Source: Chiloscyllium plagiosum (Eukaryota). Taken from it: a DNA stretch of 51,034 nucleotides. The DNA lies in contig NC_057718.1 of assembly GCF_004010195.1 (NCBI RefSeq), positions 80,362,116 through 80,413,149 of the forward strand. The letters run 5' to 3'. The notes beneath the pieces are model-generated. The model worked only from the letters and a program-made list of their open reading frames with translations, did no database searches and had not been told where the DNA came from. Below are positions 12,099 to 26,475 of this stretch, in pieces. The translations under genes were made by a program, and so were the position numbers. Within the stretch, counting starts at the first letter, position 1, and the number at the start of each line of letters is the position of its first letter.

Positions 12099-12659
12099 AG
12101 TCCATCACGCGAACCGACCTTCCATCCATTGACTCCATCTATATTTCAAACTGCCTCAGATTCTCTGCAGACATAACATCGTAGTCTTCGCTCTGTTCTA
12201 TTACCCTTTGCACATTATGTGGTAAGATCTACTTGTACTACACGCAAAACAAAAACTTTCACTGTACCCAGGTACATGTGATATTAAATAAATCAAATCA
12301 ATAAATTTCAATTTCTGTGGGATTTCTCATGATCGTCTGTTCTAAATTCAGCAAAGATTCACTTATTCAAGGCTGTTTTGTTTCCATAAATCCTATGCTG
12401 TTATGCAATTGATTAAGGCTTGTAGACAAATGATTCTGCAATTTTGAAATAATAAATGATTTTAAAATGGAAACAAATATAATCTTGGTTTCTTCACAGG
12501 GAAGTGAGAAGACGTCCACATGGTTAGCTCTGTCCCTGACTACAAATTGTGCCACAAAAGAAAGTGGAATAAAAGTAGGTCATTTGTCTCCTTAAGCCTG
12601 CTCCGCCATCAGGCAGCATTATGATGTGCCCCAGGGCCTCAACTTGTTTTACGCCAGCT

Positions 12660-13332
12660 CATCATGGTGCTGAGGTGGAGGTGATTGAGAGCTTCAAGTT
12701 CCTTGAAGTAAATATTACCAACAATATATCCTGGTCCTTCCATATCAGCGTTCCCGTCAAGAAAACATACAAACGGCTTTTCTTCCTCAGAAGGCTAAGG
12801 AATTTTGGCATGTTCACAATGACCCTAATCAATTTTTATAGATGCACCATAGAAAGCATTCTATCTGTTTGCATCACAGCTTGGTATGTTAATTGCTGCA
12901 CTCAAGGCTGCAAGAAATTACAGAGAGTTGTGAATGCAGCCCAGTCCATCACAAACACCGGCCTTCCTTCTATTGACTCCATCTACAGTTCCTGTTGTGT
13001 TGGGAAAACAGCCACTTTAATCGAGGACCTTTCTCACTCTGGTTATACTCTCTTCCTCCTTCTTCCCCTGGGCAGAAGATATAAAAGTTTGAAAACATGT
13101 ACCAACAGATTCAAGAACAGCTTCTTCCCCACTGTTAACAGATTTATGAAGGGACCTCTCATATATCAGAGTTGATCTTTCTCTGCACCTTCTCTGTAGC
13201 TGTAACATAATATGCTGCACTGTGTTCTGTACCCTGACATACTTATTTAAGCTATGGTTTGTCTGGTTAGCATGCAAAATAATACTTTCACTTTATCTCG
13301 GTAAATGTCACAATAATAAATTAAATCAAATC
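12660..13332 (+). mobile_element. Rex1/Babar LINE 3' fragment
   Basis: ORF 12621-13175: ESFKFLEV...RLFFLRRLRNFG...FYRCTIESIL...RFKNSFFP; aaatcaaatc tail. Confidence 0.88.
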
Positions 13333-13886
13333 ACAGTCCTCAACTCTTCAACATTTTTAAAAATCTATCTTGTCTTTTAGAGAATATTGCAAATTCCACA
13401 TGATTTAAAGTAGATAATTGCTGGAAAGTGATTATGACTTTTTAAGCACACATAAAATAACTTACAGATTCCAGAAACAAATGAGTAAAGATATCAATCT
13501 CCGCTGTTAATCAACACTGCTCCTGAACTATCACAACCCTACCGATTCCAACCTCATGGGTCTGCCTGGTTACTCTCTGAACAAGTGTAAAAAATACGGT
13601 TTCTTCAAAACAGTCTAGGATTACTTTAGTAAAGATTCCAATGTGCAATTTGCCATTTTCATGAGCAGCATAAGTTATCTGCTCCGGGATGATTCTTGAG
13701 CAAAATATACTGGTCTTTGCAAGGATCTACCTCAGTCAGACTGTGTAAGAACACTAGCTCATTCCCCATGAATGCTTGTTGATGTTTGCGGTTTCTGCAG
13801 TCCATTAGAGTAGTAAAAGGAAATAATCAGTATATCAGATCTGGTTACATCAAACAGGACCAACAAGGTGGTGTGCTTCAACATGT

Positions 13887-13998
13887 TAATAAAATGTGGA
13901 GCTGGAAAAAGCACAGCAGGTCAAGCAGCATCAGAAGAGCAGGAAGAGCAGGTCCCTTCCTCAGGACTTTTCAGCATCTGAATCGTCACTATCTCCAA
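13887..13998. mobile_element. Mini PLE-terminus insertion with 14-bp TSD
   Basis: gtgcttcaacatgt at 13873-13886 and 13999-14012 flanks gctggaaaaagcacagcaggtcaagcagcatc... Confidence 0.75.
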
Positions 13999-14321
13999 GT
14001 GCTTCAACATGTACAAAGCTCAGAGATTGTGCTGGAATGCATTACTTTATGTTCAGATAGACCAGAGAACTTGGCCTATCTCCAGTGTTCTGAGAATGGA
14101 AATAAGCATGTAAATTTTAAATGACTGCCACTGCTTGGCAAACACCATTTAGGTATCAGATTTGATAAGTTAAAGCTATCTCATAGGCCCCCAGTTGTGC
14201 AACGAATTCCAGACTCATTAACAAACAGTAACAACATCACCTTGAAGACGATCAGCAGCAGATTAATTGAAGGGAAGCCCTTCTGCTGGAAAATATATAG
14301 ATAGAAAATACAGTGCAATGT

Positions 14322-14618
14322 TTAGATTAGATTACTTAGTGTGGAAACAGGCCCTTCGGCCCAACAAGTCCACACCGCCCCGCCGAAGCGCAACCCACCC
14401 ATACCCCTACATGTACCCCTTACCTAACACAACGGGCAATTTAGCATGGCCTGCACATCTTTGGACTGTGGGAGGAAACCGGAGCACCCGGAGGAAACCC
14501 ACGCAGACACGGGGAGAACGTGCAAACTCCACACAGTCAGTCGCCTGAGGTGGGAATTGAACCCGGGTCTCTGGCGCTATGAGGCAGCAGTGCTAACCAC
14601 TGTGCCACCGTGCCGCCC
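14322..14618 (-). mobile_element. HE1-type V-SINE (young copy)
   Basis: Near-identical to 10615-10934. Confidence 0.92.
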
Positions 14619-15590
14619 ATAAAATGATGTTATAGCACATCAAGCACAATGATGCAGTACGGTGCAGGAATTTACTTGTTATACACACATCAGTGAAATA
14701 AATCAGAGTTATAAGAATTATGAAAAGTGCATTCCTGCGTTATTTTTACTGCTGACGTATGTCCTTGCATTAATCAACTCCAAAGCACTTTGAAAAATGA
14801 TATTTGCTACTGAACAATTTATATGTTTGGTAACTACACAGAGAAGACTCAACTGAAAGATTCAGATGCTTCCAATGATGGGCAGCAGCAACATCTAATT
14901 ATTGTAGAAACCAGTGGATGCTAATACTTCTCAAACAATTCTGTGCTTTCTTTCCTCATTTGCTCAAGTTAATACCGCAATCTTCCCCCAAACAATCAAA
15001 TCATCTGAAATATTGTTTTATTGTCTTATTATTTAATCCTACAGTAACTACACTCTGCAGTATAACTCAGAAAAATCCACTTAACAAAAAGAACATGAGG
15101 AGGCAGCAGGCAAAATTTGAGTGGGTAGCCAATGACTCTCATGTGTCTCTTACAATCAGTTTGCACTTTATAACCTGACCTGATTCCAGAAAAACCTATG
15201 TGTCATGATAACAACCAAGAAAAGGCATGTAGCTGCATACTTTGTGTGTGTTGTATAATATACAATAAGCTTTCTGTTCAAAAAAGGGACTGCACAGTGG
15301 TAAGGTACATTGTTCCCTTGTAATGCTGCAGTATACTGTTTGTTTTTCTGTATACTTGTGCATGACCCCATATAACTATACACATCAAGTAACTTATTCA
15401 ATAATTCTTTACTTTTGTTTTTATCTTTCAAGAACCTTTAAGGAATAGATGTGTTAAATTATAGTTGCATACGTTCCCAAGAAAATTTGGATCAACATAT
15501 TTATAATCTTAAAAAATGTGAAATCTTCCAATTGAGTTTAAATGGTCACCATAATACATTAATGCAAATTTACAATTAGCTCATAGATGA

Positions 15591-17325
15591 TGGCACAGTG
15601 GTAGCACTGCTGCCACACAGCAGCAGGGTTCAGTGCCAGGGTTGGATTCCAGCCTCAGGTCTGTGTGGAACTTGAATGAATGAATCATTTATTGTCACTT
15701 GTATTTTATAGTGAAGAATACAGTAAAATACAGTGAAAACCACAATCTGGTGCCATTTTGAATAGGTTGAGAATGAAAGGTATGATTGAAAGAGAGACTA
15801 TCCCTGTTCTGTCACCATGTGTCCTGAGCTGGCTCACCAAAGATGTCTGTGCCGTCACACCTCCTCCACTGCCAACACCAGATCCACCAACTATGAATTG
15901 CAAATCATCAGGCGCTATTTCTTCATTGCTGGGCCCGCCTCACGAATGCTGCAGTTGATACTGTTTCAGACTTAATGATGTCGGAGTCACCACTTTCAGA
16001 AGCCATTCAGAAATCTTTGCCATTGGACCACTTCACCAACCCCAATGCCAGGTCCCATCTTGGCTCCACACTCACCCACAAACAGGAGCCCCTGGCTCTG
16101 CTGCAGCCGCTGCCTTGCCATTAATCAGAAGTCCCCAGCTCTAGGCCTCCTGCAACCTCTCCCCATGGATTCTCTTTACATGGGTTTCTGACAGGTGCTC
16201 TGGGTTTCCTCTCAAAGTTCAGGGATATTAATAAGTTTGCAGATAACACCAGAATTGGAAACTTAATGGACAGCAGAGAAGGTTACATCAGAGTACAATG
16301 GATCTTGATCAGATAGGCCAATGGGCTGAGGAATGGCAAATGGAGTTTAATTCAGATCAATGTGAGGTGCTGCATTTTGGAAAAGCAAATCATGGCCTTA
16401 TTAATGATAAGGTCTGCAGGAGCATTGCTGAACAAAGAGATCTTGGACTGCAGGTTCATAGTTGCTTGAAAGTGGAGTCCCAGATAGACAGGATAGTGAA
16501 GAAGACATTTGCTTTGCTTGCCTTTATTGGTCAGTGCTTTGAATATAGGAGTTGGGAGGTCATGTAGAAGCTGTGCAGGGCATTGGTTAGGCCACTTTTG
16601 GAATACTATATGCAATTCCGGTCTCCCTGCTGTAGGATGTTGTGAAACTTGAAAAGATTGACAAGGATGTTGCCATGGTTGGAGGGTTTGAGCTACAGGG
16701 AGAGGCTGAATAGGCAGGGGCTATCATCCCTGGAGCTCTGGAGGCTGAGGGGTGACATTATCGAGGTCTACAACATCATGAGGGGCATGGATAAGGTAAA
16801 TGGATAAGTTTTTTTTCCCTGGGGTTGGGGAGTCCAAAACTAGAGGGCATAGGTTTGAAGTGAGAGGAGAATGATTTAAAAGGAACCTAAGGGACAACAT
16901 TTTCACATACAGGGTGGTGCATGTATGGAATGAACTGCCAGAGGAAGTGGTAGAGGCTGGTACAATTACATAATTTAAAAGGCATCGGGATGGGTAAATC
17001 AATAGAAAGGGTTCAGAGGGATATGGACTAAATGCTGGCAAATAGGACCAGATTAATTTAGGGTATCTGGTTGGCATGGACGAGTTGAACCAAAGGGCTT
17101 GGTTCCTTTCTGTAAATCTCTATGACTCTATGTGCATATTAGATGGATTGATCATACAAAATTATTTTAAAGTGTCCAAGGATGTGCAGACCAGATTTGA
17201 TTAACCATGGTAAATGTGGGGTTACAGGGATAGGGTGGGGAGAGCGGGATGCTATTCGGAGGGTCAGTGCAGACTCAATGAGTCAAATGGCCTCTTTCTG
17301 CACAGTAGGGATTCTATAATTCAAT
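15591..17325 (+). mobile_element. Older HE1-type SINE split into three pieces (15591-15676, 16171-16221, 17132-17325)
   Basis: Head tggcacagtggtagcactgctgcc, middle gggtttc...gtgctctgggtttcctc, tail ggagggtcagtgcagactc...aaatggcc; other repeats are nested between the pieces. Confidence 0.7.
16222..17131 (+). mobile_element. CR1 LINE 3' fragment
   Basis: KFADNT; DLDQIGQWAEEWQMEFN; ctctatgactcta tail. Confidence 0.9.
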
Positions 17326-19921
17326 GACTGTGAACCATCAGGGTAAATTGGATGCCAAAGTTTGCATTCTGTAACTTATTACTTTCATTCTTTATCCCAT
17401 AATATATGTCACAAACAACTATTAAATGGTAACTTTTCGATTTAATCCATCTTCTCTCCAATTTTTTCAACTTTTAGAGATGCAATGTGGGATTTTGTTT
17501 TTCCTCAGATTTTTCAATAACCAGGATGCAAATCTTGTCACTTCTTGACTGCTATAACTTCTAAATCTTCCTGTTAATAGAGCTGGTAGACAATGTGCAT
17601 CATTAAATTTATGCACTTCCTTTGGCAGTTTTTGAGATTTGTGTCTATGGGCATTGAACATAGTTTATATTTTATTGCTCAGTTGTCAATTTGTTAAGTC
17701 AGCAAAAATGAATGAAAGCCACTAACAGTCTGCAAATGGAAACATGGAGAGATTTATGTTACCTACAATTCACAATACATATAATTTCTCTTACTTGTCC
17801 CACTAGTTAAGCCAAATCTCAGACGTTATGGATCTCCAGAGATTCTGAATATGAAACATACTTTTTCTATATTACCTCCTGCAAACATTTTCTAGGTTCT
17901 TGAGTGTTGTACTCAGCTACATCTGGCATTAAGCTTTCCTCGGTTGCAATTTCCCGAATCTAACTTTCAATAATAATACCAAATCTTTATATTTCTTGTG
18001 AACGGTGCTCACAAATATCCAAAGTTTTAGGATACAACATATAAAATTTTGCTGTGAAATACAATCAGAAGAAATAAAACTAGGCATTTGTATATTTAGG
18101 GTAAAAATGCACATTCACATTTGTAACTCCAAAAGTCCATAAAAGACTCTCTTTATTGACTGTAGAACTGTTTATTGGACCTCTTGGGCAATGAATTAGT
18201 GGCACAGGTTATAGTTGAGACCAATTTTATTTTCTATTGAAATTAAAATTGGTTTGCATTCTGTCGCAGGTAGATGATCTATTCTGTCAGTTTACTGTCG
18301 AAGTAATGTTGGTACAAAATTATCCACGTGCACTGAAACACACTTGCTCTGTAAAAGCAACATCAAAAAGAAAAAGCAGCTAAATTTGCACAGAAATGTA
18401 GTTCGGTCTCTGTTATAAGAAATAGTTGTTTTAATCTATAACAGGATTCCGTGATATTAAATGAATATTATACATATATTTTCTACAATATATCATATTG
18501 GTTCATTAAATACAATGTTTAAGAACAAAAGCTTCTGCTTTTTGTAATATTGCATTTGGTGTGTGATTTCATCAGCTGTGGAGGCCACCAACAGCTGATG
18601 CACAAGGTCACAGCGAAGTGTAAAGTATACATTAGCATCTCAAACTAAGAATATTGCACATTATTATTATAAAGATGATCGCACTGAAGAATCAAGTAAA
18701 TATGACTAAGTGCTGGAAAACATGTCAGTGTCTAATATCACCAGGTAGCTGGGAAACCCTCAATTCCCAATTAGCAGTAGTCAGGAAGAGCAAGATGCCA
18801 CCACAGTATGTACTGCACTCCCTTCTCTGAAGTTGTAACTTATCACATCTGGGGAGATAAACTACCAGGTAGATTTATCTGCCTCTAGCTAGAATTCTGT
18901 GATTTCTTCCATAACACTGGTAAAAGTAGAACCAGTCAGTGACTGCAACGTATGTGTCACCCAGAAGATGCAATTTATTTGGTAACTGTAATTATCAGGA
19001 AGAGGCACAGGGTCATGATTGTGCTGATTAGATATATGAAGATGTGAGGAAGTGAACAGAAAGAAAATAGGTGTGCTTGCGAGACAAATGGAAGGGAGGA
19101 GTGGTGTGTAGGCTTCACAAGGCAGAATGAGGGAAAATGATATGATGAAATTGCTTTTTCTTTTATGTACATTTGTACTGCATAAGCCAATCTGTGAATC
19201 TCGGAATATTCAGGGAATACCATGTCCCACTGCCTAGTCATTATATTCCATTTTGCCATGAAGTAAAAGTGAGGCTTGTAGCAAAGTTTTCAAGAGGTCA
19301 CTCAGAACAGTTCAAGGTGATTCAATTGTCAGTTAGTCAGAGCTGAGAGGGAGTTGAAACAAAGAAGCAAATTCAAGGAGTATAAGTGCTGTTCACTGAC
19401 TCCAGGCAGTAAGAACTCAGGACAAGTCTTGGCAGCAGTATTGTCCTTGGGAGCTGTAGCCTCTGAGAAGAAGCCTGTGAGCCACTAAAACATCATTGCA
19501 ACTGAGAGTGGCAGGGAGAGGGATTTGTGATGGATGCCCACAAGGAGCATTTGCTTGGTACAGTTTGGAGAACCCCTCGGACAGTATCACCTTGATGAAT
19601 TTAACTGTCAATGGACAAGCTGGAATTCCAGAATCCAGGAAAAGAAAGCGAATTACCATAATGTAAACAGTCACTGAGGCAGTCCATTACAGTGTGTTGA
19701 CAGAGTTTGGAAATAATGACTCCAAGAGAGAAGGACTAGAATCGGTTGCAAAGCTTTGACGAGATTTGATTTGCTGCATGTCACTAATAGTGGGTTGCTA
19801 AGAAATCTTTAGAATGTCTCTTGACAACATTTGCTATTTGATGTGCTCTGTGGAGTGTTCAACGACATTTGGGCTGTTACCTTTGCTTGGTTCATGTTGT
19901 TGCTGGATTGTAGCAAATCAA

Positions 19922-20290
19922 AAGTAACAAAAACATAAATTTATGGAAAAGCTCAACAGGACTGGCAACATCTGTGGAGACAAAGAGTTAACATTTCTGG
20001 TCCAGTGACCCTTCCTCAGAACTGATGGTAGCTAGGAAAATGTTGCTTTTTATGTAGAAGATAGGGTGGGGATAAGGGATAAAGAGTAATCAATAGGTGG
20101 AGATACAGCTCAAAAAGAGAGAAGAACAGTTGGACAGACAAAGGAGTGGATAACAATCAGCCTGGGAATATGAATAGCTACTAATGGGGATAATTAGTGG
20201 CTAACAATGGGTTGTGTGTAATGGCAGATCATGTGATAATGTGGGAGAAGGTGTCTCATGCCCTAAAATTGTTGAACTTGATTGAACAAT
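19922..20290 (-). mobile_element. PLE 3' terminus (third family)
   Basis: Minus strand CUGAGGA-A-G-GGUC-ACUG-GACC-A-GAAA hammerhead-like core at ~19990-20018; terminus gctcaacaggactggcaacatctgtgg. Confidence 0.6.
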
Positions 20291-21622
20291 TATAGGGCTT
20301 GAGGCACCTTATCCTATGTCCTTATCCTAAAGGCCACACACTGGACTGGGCTCTTGGCCAATTGTTCATGGTTATGAAAATTACAAATGTAATACCTGTG
20401 TTCAAGAAAGGAGGGAGACAGAAAGCAGAAAAATAAAGGCCTGTTCACCAAAGATCCATCATAGGAAAAATGCTAGATTCCATCATTAAGGAGGTATTAG
20501 CAGGGCATTACGAAAATCATAATGCAATTAGAGTCGACAGGAGTTTTGTGAAAGGGAAATCATGTTTGACTAATTCATAAGTCCTCTATAAAAGTAAGAA
20601 GCAAGATGGATAAAAGGAAAACTGGAGATGATGTGTATTCGAATTTCCAAAGGGCATTCAATAAGGTGTAAGCTCTAGGGAATAGAGAATTGCTTCATTG
20701 ACAGAAGACAGAGAGAAAGGACAAATGGGTGATTCTTAGGTTGACAAGCTGTTGCCAGTGGAATTCTGGGAGTGCCAGAGCCTCAGTTATTTGTAATCTA
20801 AACCAATGACTTGGATGAAGGCACCCATTCGAAAGAAGGGTCACTAGACCCATAACATGAACTCTGATTTCCGGCATCCTCAGTTCTTTGAGTCGTTTTC
20901 AGTTTAAAAAGCAATTTTGATAGGTTTTAATTTGGCAGAGACAGCATTATGTGGAAAAATGTAAACTTGTCCACTTTGACAGGAAGAAATGAGACCATAA
21001 GACATAGGAGCACATCGAGTCTGCTCCACCATTCAATCATGGCTGATAAGTTTCTCAAACCCATTTTCCCGCTTTCTCCCCGTAACCCTTGATCCCCAAG
21101 AAACTATCTATCTCAGTCTTAAACATACTCAACGACCTGGCCTCCACACCCTTCTATGACAATTCCATAGATCACCACTCTGTGGCTGAATACGTTTTTC
21201 CTTATCTCTGTTCTAAAAGGTATTCCCTTTACTCTAAGGACAGTGAGTGAAGGAAGACTGCAAAACTTGATGATAGAGGTGGCCTGGTACATGAATCACA
21301 AAAAATTGATATTCAGATACAGCAAGGGATTAGAAAGTCAAATGGAACATTGGTGTTTTAGGAACGGAGTATAAAAATAGGGAAGTATTTAAGCTATCTA
21401 GGATCTCATTTGAACAAATCTGGAGTATAGCATGCAGTTTAATCTTTGCACTATGCAAAGATTACAGGGTATTGCATGAGAATTGCAATGGAAACCATTC
21501 AGAGAAGATTCACCCAACTGATTCCTGGAATATAGAGCTTATCTTAGAGGAAAGGTTGCGTAGCTTGGTCAACTATTGGAATTTAGAAAAATGAGAAGTG
21601 ATCTTACTGAAAAAGAGTAATT

Positions 21623-24600
21623 GAGTCAAAGAGTCAAAAAGTCGTACAGCACAGAAACAGACCCTTTGGTCCAATTCGTCCATGCTGCCCAGATATTCTA
21701 ACCTAATCTAGTCCCATTTGCCAGCAGTTGGCCCATATCCCTCTATTCATATACCCATCCAAATAAAGGAAAGCATACCAAACGCCTTCTTCATTATCCT
21801 ATCTACCTGCGACTCTACTTGCAAGGCACTATGCACTCCAAGGTCTCTTTGTTCAGCAACACTCCCCAGGACCTTACCATTAAGTGTATAAGTCCTGCTC
21901 TGATTTGCCTTTCCAAAATGCAGCAACTCACATTTATCTAAATTAAAATCCACCTGCCACTCCTCAACCCATTGGCCCATCTGATCAAGATCACATTGTA
22001 CTCTGAGATAACCTTCTTCGCTGTCCACTATAGTCCCAATTTTGGTATCATCTGCAAACTTACTAACTATACCTATGTTCATTTCCAAATCATTTATATA
22101 AATGACAAAAAGTAGTGGACCAAGCACCGATCCTTGTAGTATACCACTGGTCACAACCCTCCAGTCTGAAAAGCAACCCTCCGCCACCACCCTCTCCAGT
22201 CTGAAAAGCAACCCTCCGCCACCACCCTCTGGCTTCTACCTTTGAGCCAGTTCTGTATCCAAATGGCTAGTTCTCCCTGTATTCCATGAGATCTAACCTT
22301 GCTAACCAGTCTCCCATGAGGAACCTTATTGAACGCCTTATTGAAGTCCATATAAATCACACCCACTGCTCCGTACTCATTATTCCTCTTTGTTACTTCT
22401 TCAAACAACTCAACCAAGTTAGTGAGACATGATTTACCATGCACAAAGCCATGCTGACTATCCCCAATCAGTCCTTGCCTTTCCAAAAGCATGTAAATCC
22501 TGTCCCTCAGGATTCCCTCCAACAACTTACCCACCACCCATTTCAGGCTCACTGGTCTACAGTTCCCTTGCTTTTCCTTACTACCTTTCTTAAATAATGG
22601 CACCACGTTAGCTAACTTCCAGTCTTCCGGCACCTCACCTGTGACTATCGATGATACAAATATCTCAGCAAGGGGCCCAGCAAACACATCCTGTGCTTCC
22701 CACAGAGCTCCAGGGTAGATCTGATCAGATCCTGAGGATTTATCCACCTTTATGCATTTCAAGATATCCAGCACCTCCTCCTCTGTAATATGGACATTTT
22801 TCAAGATGTCACCATCTATTTCCCCGCATTTTACATCTTCCATCTCCAAGTAAATACTGATCCAAAATACTCATTTATTATCTCCCCCATTTTCTGCAGC
22901 TCCACAGAAAGGCCGCCTTGCTGATCTTTGAGGGGCCCTATTCTCTCCCTAGTTACCCTTTTGTCCTTCATGTATTTATAAAAACCCCTTGGATTCTCCT
23001 GAACCTGATTTGCCAAAGCTACCTCATATCCCTTTTTTGCCCTCCTGACTTCCCTCTTAAATATATTCCTACTGCCTTTATACTCTTCTCAGGATTCACT
23101 CAATCTCACCTGTCTATACATGACATATGCTTTTTTTTCTTAACCAAAACCCCAAGTTCTCTAGTTATCCAGCATGCCCTACACCTATCAACCTTTCCTT
23201 TCATCCAAACAGGAATATATTGTCTCTGGACTCTCGTTAAATCATTTCTGAAAGCTTCCCATTTTCCAGCTGTCCCTTTACCTGCGAACATCTGCCCCCA
23301 ATCAGACTTTGAAAGTTCTTGCCTAATTCCATCAAAACTAGCCTTCCTCCAATATACAACCTCAACCTTTAGATCGGGTCTATCCTTATACATTACTATA
23401 TTAAAACTAATAGAATTATGATCACTGGCTCCAAAGTGCTCCCCCGCTGACACCTCAGTCACCTGCCCTGCCTTATTTCCCAAGAGCAGGTCAAGTTTTG
23501 CACCTTCTCTAGTTGGTATATCCACATACTGAATCAGAAAATTTTCTTATACACACTTAACAAATTCCTCTCCATCTGAACCCTGAGCACTATGGCAGTC
23601 CCAGTCTATGTTTGGAGTGTTAAATTTCTCTACCATTAACACCCAATTATTCTTACACATAACTGAAATCTCCTTCCAAATTTGTTTCTTAATTCCCCGT
23701 TGAGTATTAGGGGGTCTATAATACAATGCCAATAAGGTGATCTCCCTTTCTCATTTCTCAGTTCCACCTAAATAACTCCCCTCGATATATTCCCAGGAAT
23801 ATCCTCCCTAAGTACAGCAATAATGCTATCCTTATCAAAAATGCCACATCCCCTCCTTTCTTGCCCCCTTTCTTTCCTTCCTATAGGATTTGTATCCTGA
23901 AACTTTAAGCTGCCAGTCCTGTCCATTCCTGAGCCATGTTTCTATAATTGTTATGATATCCCAGTCCCATGTTCCTAACCATGCTCTGAGTTCATCTGCC
24001 TTCCTGTTAGGCCTCTTGCATTGAAGTAAATGCAGTTTAATTTATCAATCCTACCTTGCTCTCTACTTTGTTCCTGTCTATCCTGACTGTTTAACTTACT
24101 CTTTTTCCCAACTGTACCAGTCTTAGATTGATCTTTTTCCTCACTATTTCCTTGGGTCCCTGCAGACATAATCATCAGTAACATGGAAACTGTCCCTAAA
24201 CTGCCACATCTGATATGAAGAGCACATCACTCTACTAAAGGCCATCTTTGTTCCTTCACAATCTACAGGCCCAAGAAATAGCACCATCTTACTGCTCTAA
24301 AAGACAGTGCTCCAGGCTAACTTAGTATTTATGGCTTATAATTTTAAAATTTAATCAAGAGACAGATTTCTATAAAATATATAATCAAGAAAGAACCCAC
24401 TCTACTCACTACTGTAGACTTACAGCAAGGTTACATGTTAAAAACTATGCAATTATCTGTTCGTGTGCTATGAGCTTTCCCACACAGGTTCTTCTTATGT
24501 CAGCTGTGAATTTCGCTGTTTGTTAATTTTTCCTAAACACATTCTGATGTCTAGAGATACATGAACTCAAACAGCAAAGGCAGTAGCTGTGCAGATTCGC

Positions 24601-24861
24601 TGCTGTGTAAGTTAGCAGTGCAGGTTTCTTTCTCTCTCTCCCGCATTGACCTTGTGCTCGCTGCCTTTTGTTATCTTCCTCCATTTTTGAAAATTTCCAC
24701 TGTGTTGACTTTTTCCCCCAAAGTTCCAAAACAATGCAACAGCGTATAAAACAGTAATTGCTGCTCCTGGAATTCAAGGAAATCACCTCCAACACCTAAA
24801 ATACCTCAAAAAAGGAGCAGCTTTAACATGCAAAACTTTTTCCCATCCTCCAAATTGGATT
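21623..24861 (-). mobile_element. Near full-length CR1/HER1 LINE with internal deletions (5'UTR, EN and RT remnants)
   Basis: Minus-strand ORFs: CIYFNARGL, YYRPPN, PTREGAKLDLLL...ASDHN (endonuclease); QHGFVHGKSCLTNL, YMDFNKAFNKVPH, QGSVLGPLLF, KFADDTK (RT). Confidence 0.93.
22161..22230 (+). repeat. Perfect 35-bp tandem duplication frameshifting the CR1 RT
   Basis: ccagtctgaaaagcaaccctccgccaccaccctct x2. Confidence 0.95.
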
Positions 24862-25299
24862 AAGATCCTGCAGGGACTGAACAAAACTAATGCTGAGAGG
24901 ATGTTTCCCCTTGTCAGAGAGTCTAGAACAAGTGAACATGCTTTCAAAATTAGGACTCCCTCAAACTGTTTTTGTTCTGAGAGTTGTTACTCTATAGAAT
25001 GTTCTTCTCCAGAGAGCAGTGGAATCTTCCTTTAATACTTTTAAGGCTGAATTATATACATTTTTGTCAAAAAAAGGGACAATGGTTATGATGGCACACA
25101 GGGAAATGCAAATAAAATCACAATTAGATCAGTCAGGACCTTACTAATTGGTGGAGCCTACACCTGTTTCTTCTTGTGCTCCTTTGTGTAATGAGGTAAG
25201 GTGTGAGAATATTTCAGTAGAACTAGATGGCCAAAAACCAGAGCCTAATGTTTTAAAAGGAAAACCATGAAACATATAAATTTGCCAATGACAAATGAT

Positions 25300-26030
25300 T
25301 TATAAGAAGGAACATAAATGGCAGCCAAACAAGACAAAGAACCATTGATAATTTAAGTGAATGAGCAAAACTGTCCCAGTTGCACTTGTACACATAACAG
25401 ATAGATTTAGGTACTTTTTAAATGGTGAAAATCTAGGATTACTGAAGCTTCAACTGAATTTAAGGGCAAGTGTACTCAGATAACTATAATGTAGGGTTAG
25501 AACATAAAGAGAAGAAGATTTCCTGCTGCTAAACAAAACTCAGATTAGATCACCTACGTTGTACTGGATTGGGCACAAACCTAAGAAAGAACATATTGGT
25601 CAAAGAAAGAATACAACACTTATTCATCAAAAGATTATCAGGGCTCCAAGTGTTAAAACAGAGGAAAAATTGAATAAACCAAGTTTATGTTCTCTGGAAC
25701 ATAGTCAGTTGTGGGGAGATACGATTGAGGTTTTTAGAGATTTTGAAATAATTGCTAGGAAAGATAGAAACTTTTTGTCATAGCAGGAAGTCTATGGGAA
25801 ATAACTAAAACATCAAAACCATGCTACATAGGAGAGAATTTAGGGAATATCTCTTAGCGCAAGAGCAGGAGTAATAAATTATCCACTAAACTCAATTGAT
25901 ATTAGCTCAGCTAATGATTTTAAGTAAGAGAACACAAAGATTTATGTTTGTCAAGAATATTAAGAGATATGGAGCCAAGGCAGGCAGATAAAGTTAAGAT
26001 ACAAATCACACTGAATTATCTTACTGAATG
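25300..26030 (+). mobile_element. Very old CR1-like fragment
   Basis: Decayed blocks ggggagatacgattgaggttttt, taagagatatggagccaaggcagg. Confidence 0.5.
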
Positions 26031-26475
26031 GTATCTTTCCTTCTGCCAAACCGACAGCACTAATGCTTTCACTAGCTTATGGATCAGTCACATGTATTTG
26101 CATGTGCCTGGTGGTCAATTTGTAAGCCTTCCATTGTAGCAATGATGGAAATGCCCAAGAGTTGAATGGGCTACTGCAGGCACTCCAATCTCCAAGAAAA
26201 GCAAATAAATTTTGTGGCCATGATTTTGACTTGGGTTATAACGGCTTCCATTGAGAAACAAGGTCACAGTTCAAACCTGCACAATGGAAGCAGGGCTGGT
26301 GAATCTCACATTTGTAAAGCTGTACAAAAAATGGTGAGAAAAAATTGAAGTAAACAATGAAGAAACAAATTAAGCAGTAAACATAAGGACAAAGCCATAG
26401 ACAGACAAGAAGACGTTGTATAGATGACTGTTGTTTGAATTGATAATTTGGAGGAGCCAGTGTTAGACTGTTGTG

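Larger units (their letters stand above)
9505..12305 (+). mobile_element. Rex1/Babar LINE RT fragment, split by nested insertions
   Basis: AFNTIIP, IILNTSVPQSC, NSIYKFADDTTVIG, YRKEIECL and APIYINGAEVELV (ORF 9560-10153). Resumes at 12099 (agtccatcac) and ends in an aataaatcaaatca tail. Confidence 0.85.
20370..25190 (+). mobile_element. Old CR1 LINE interrupted by younger elements
   Basis: NVIPVFKKG...GFVKGKSCLTN. The sequence gatcttactgaaa (21600) resumes as taagatcctg (~24861). Confidence 0.7.

Noticed and set aside
14540..14618. tRNA-like A/B boxes
   Set aside because: Head of an HE1 SINE, not a tRNA gene
19190..19700. Faint Harbinger transposase-like similarity on the minus strand
   Set aside because: No catalytic motif recoverable by eye; too degenerate to call
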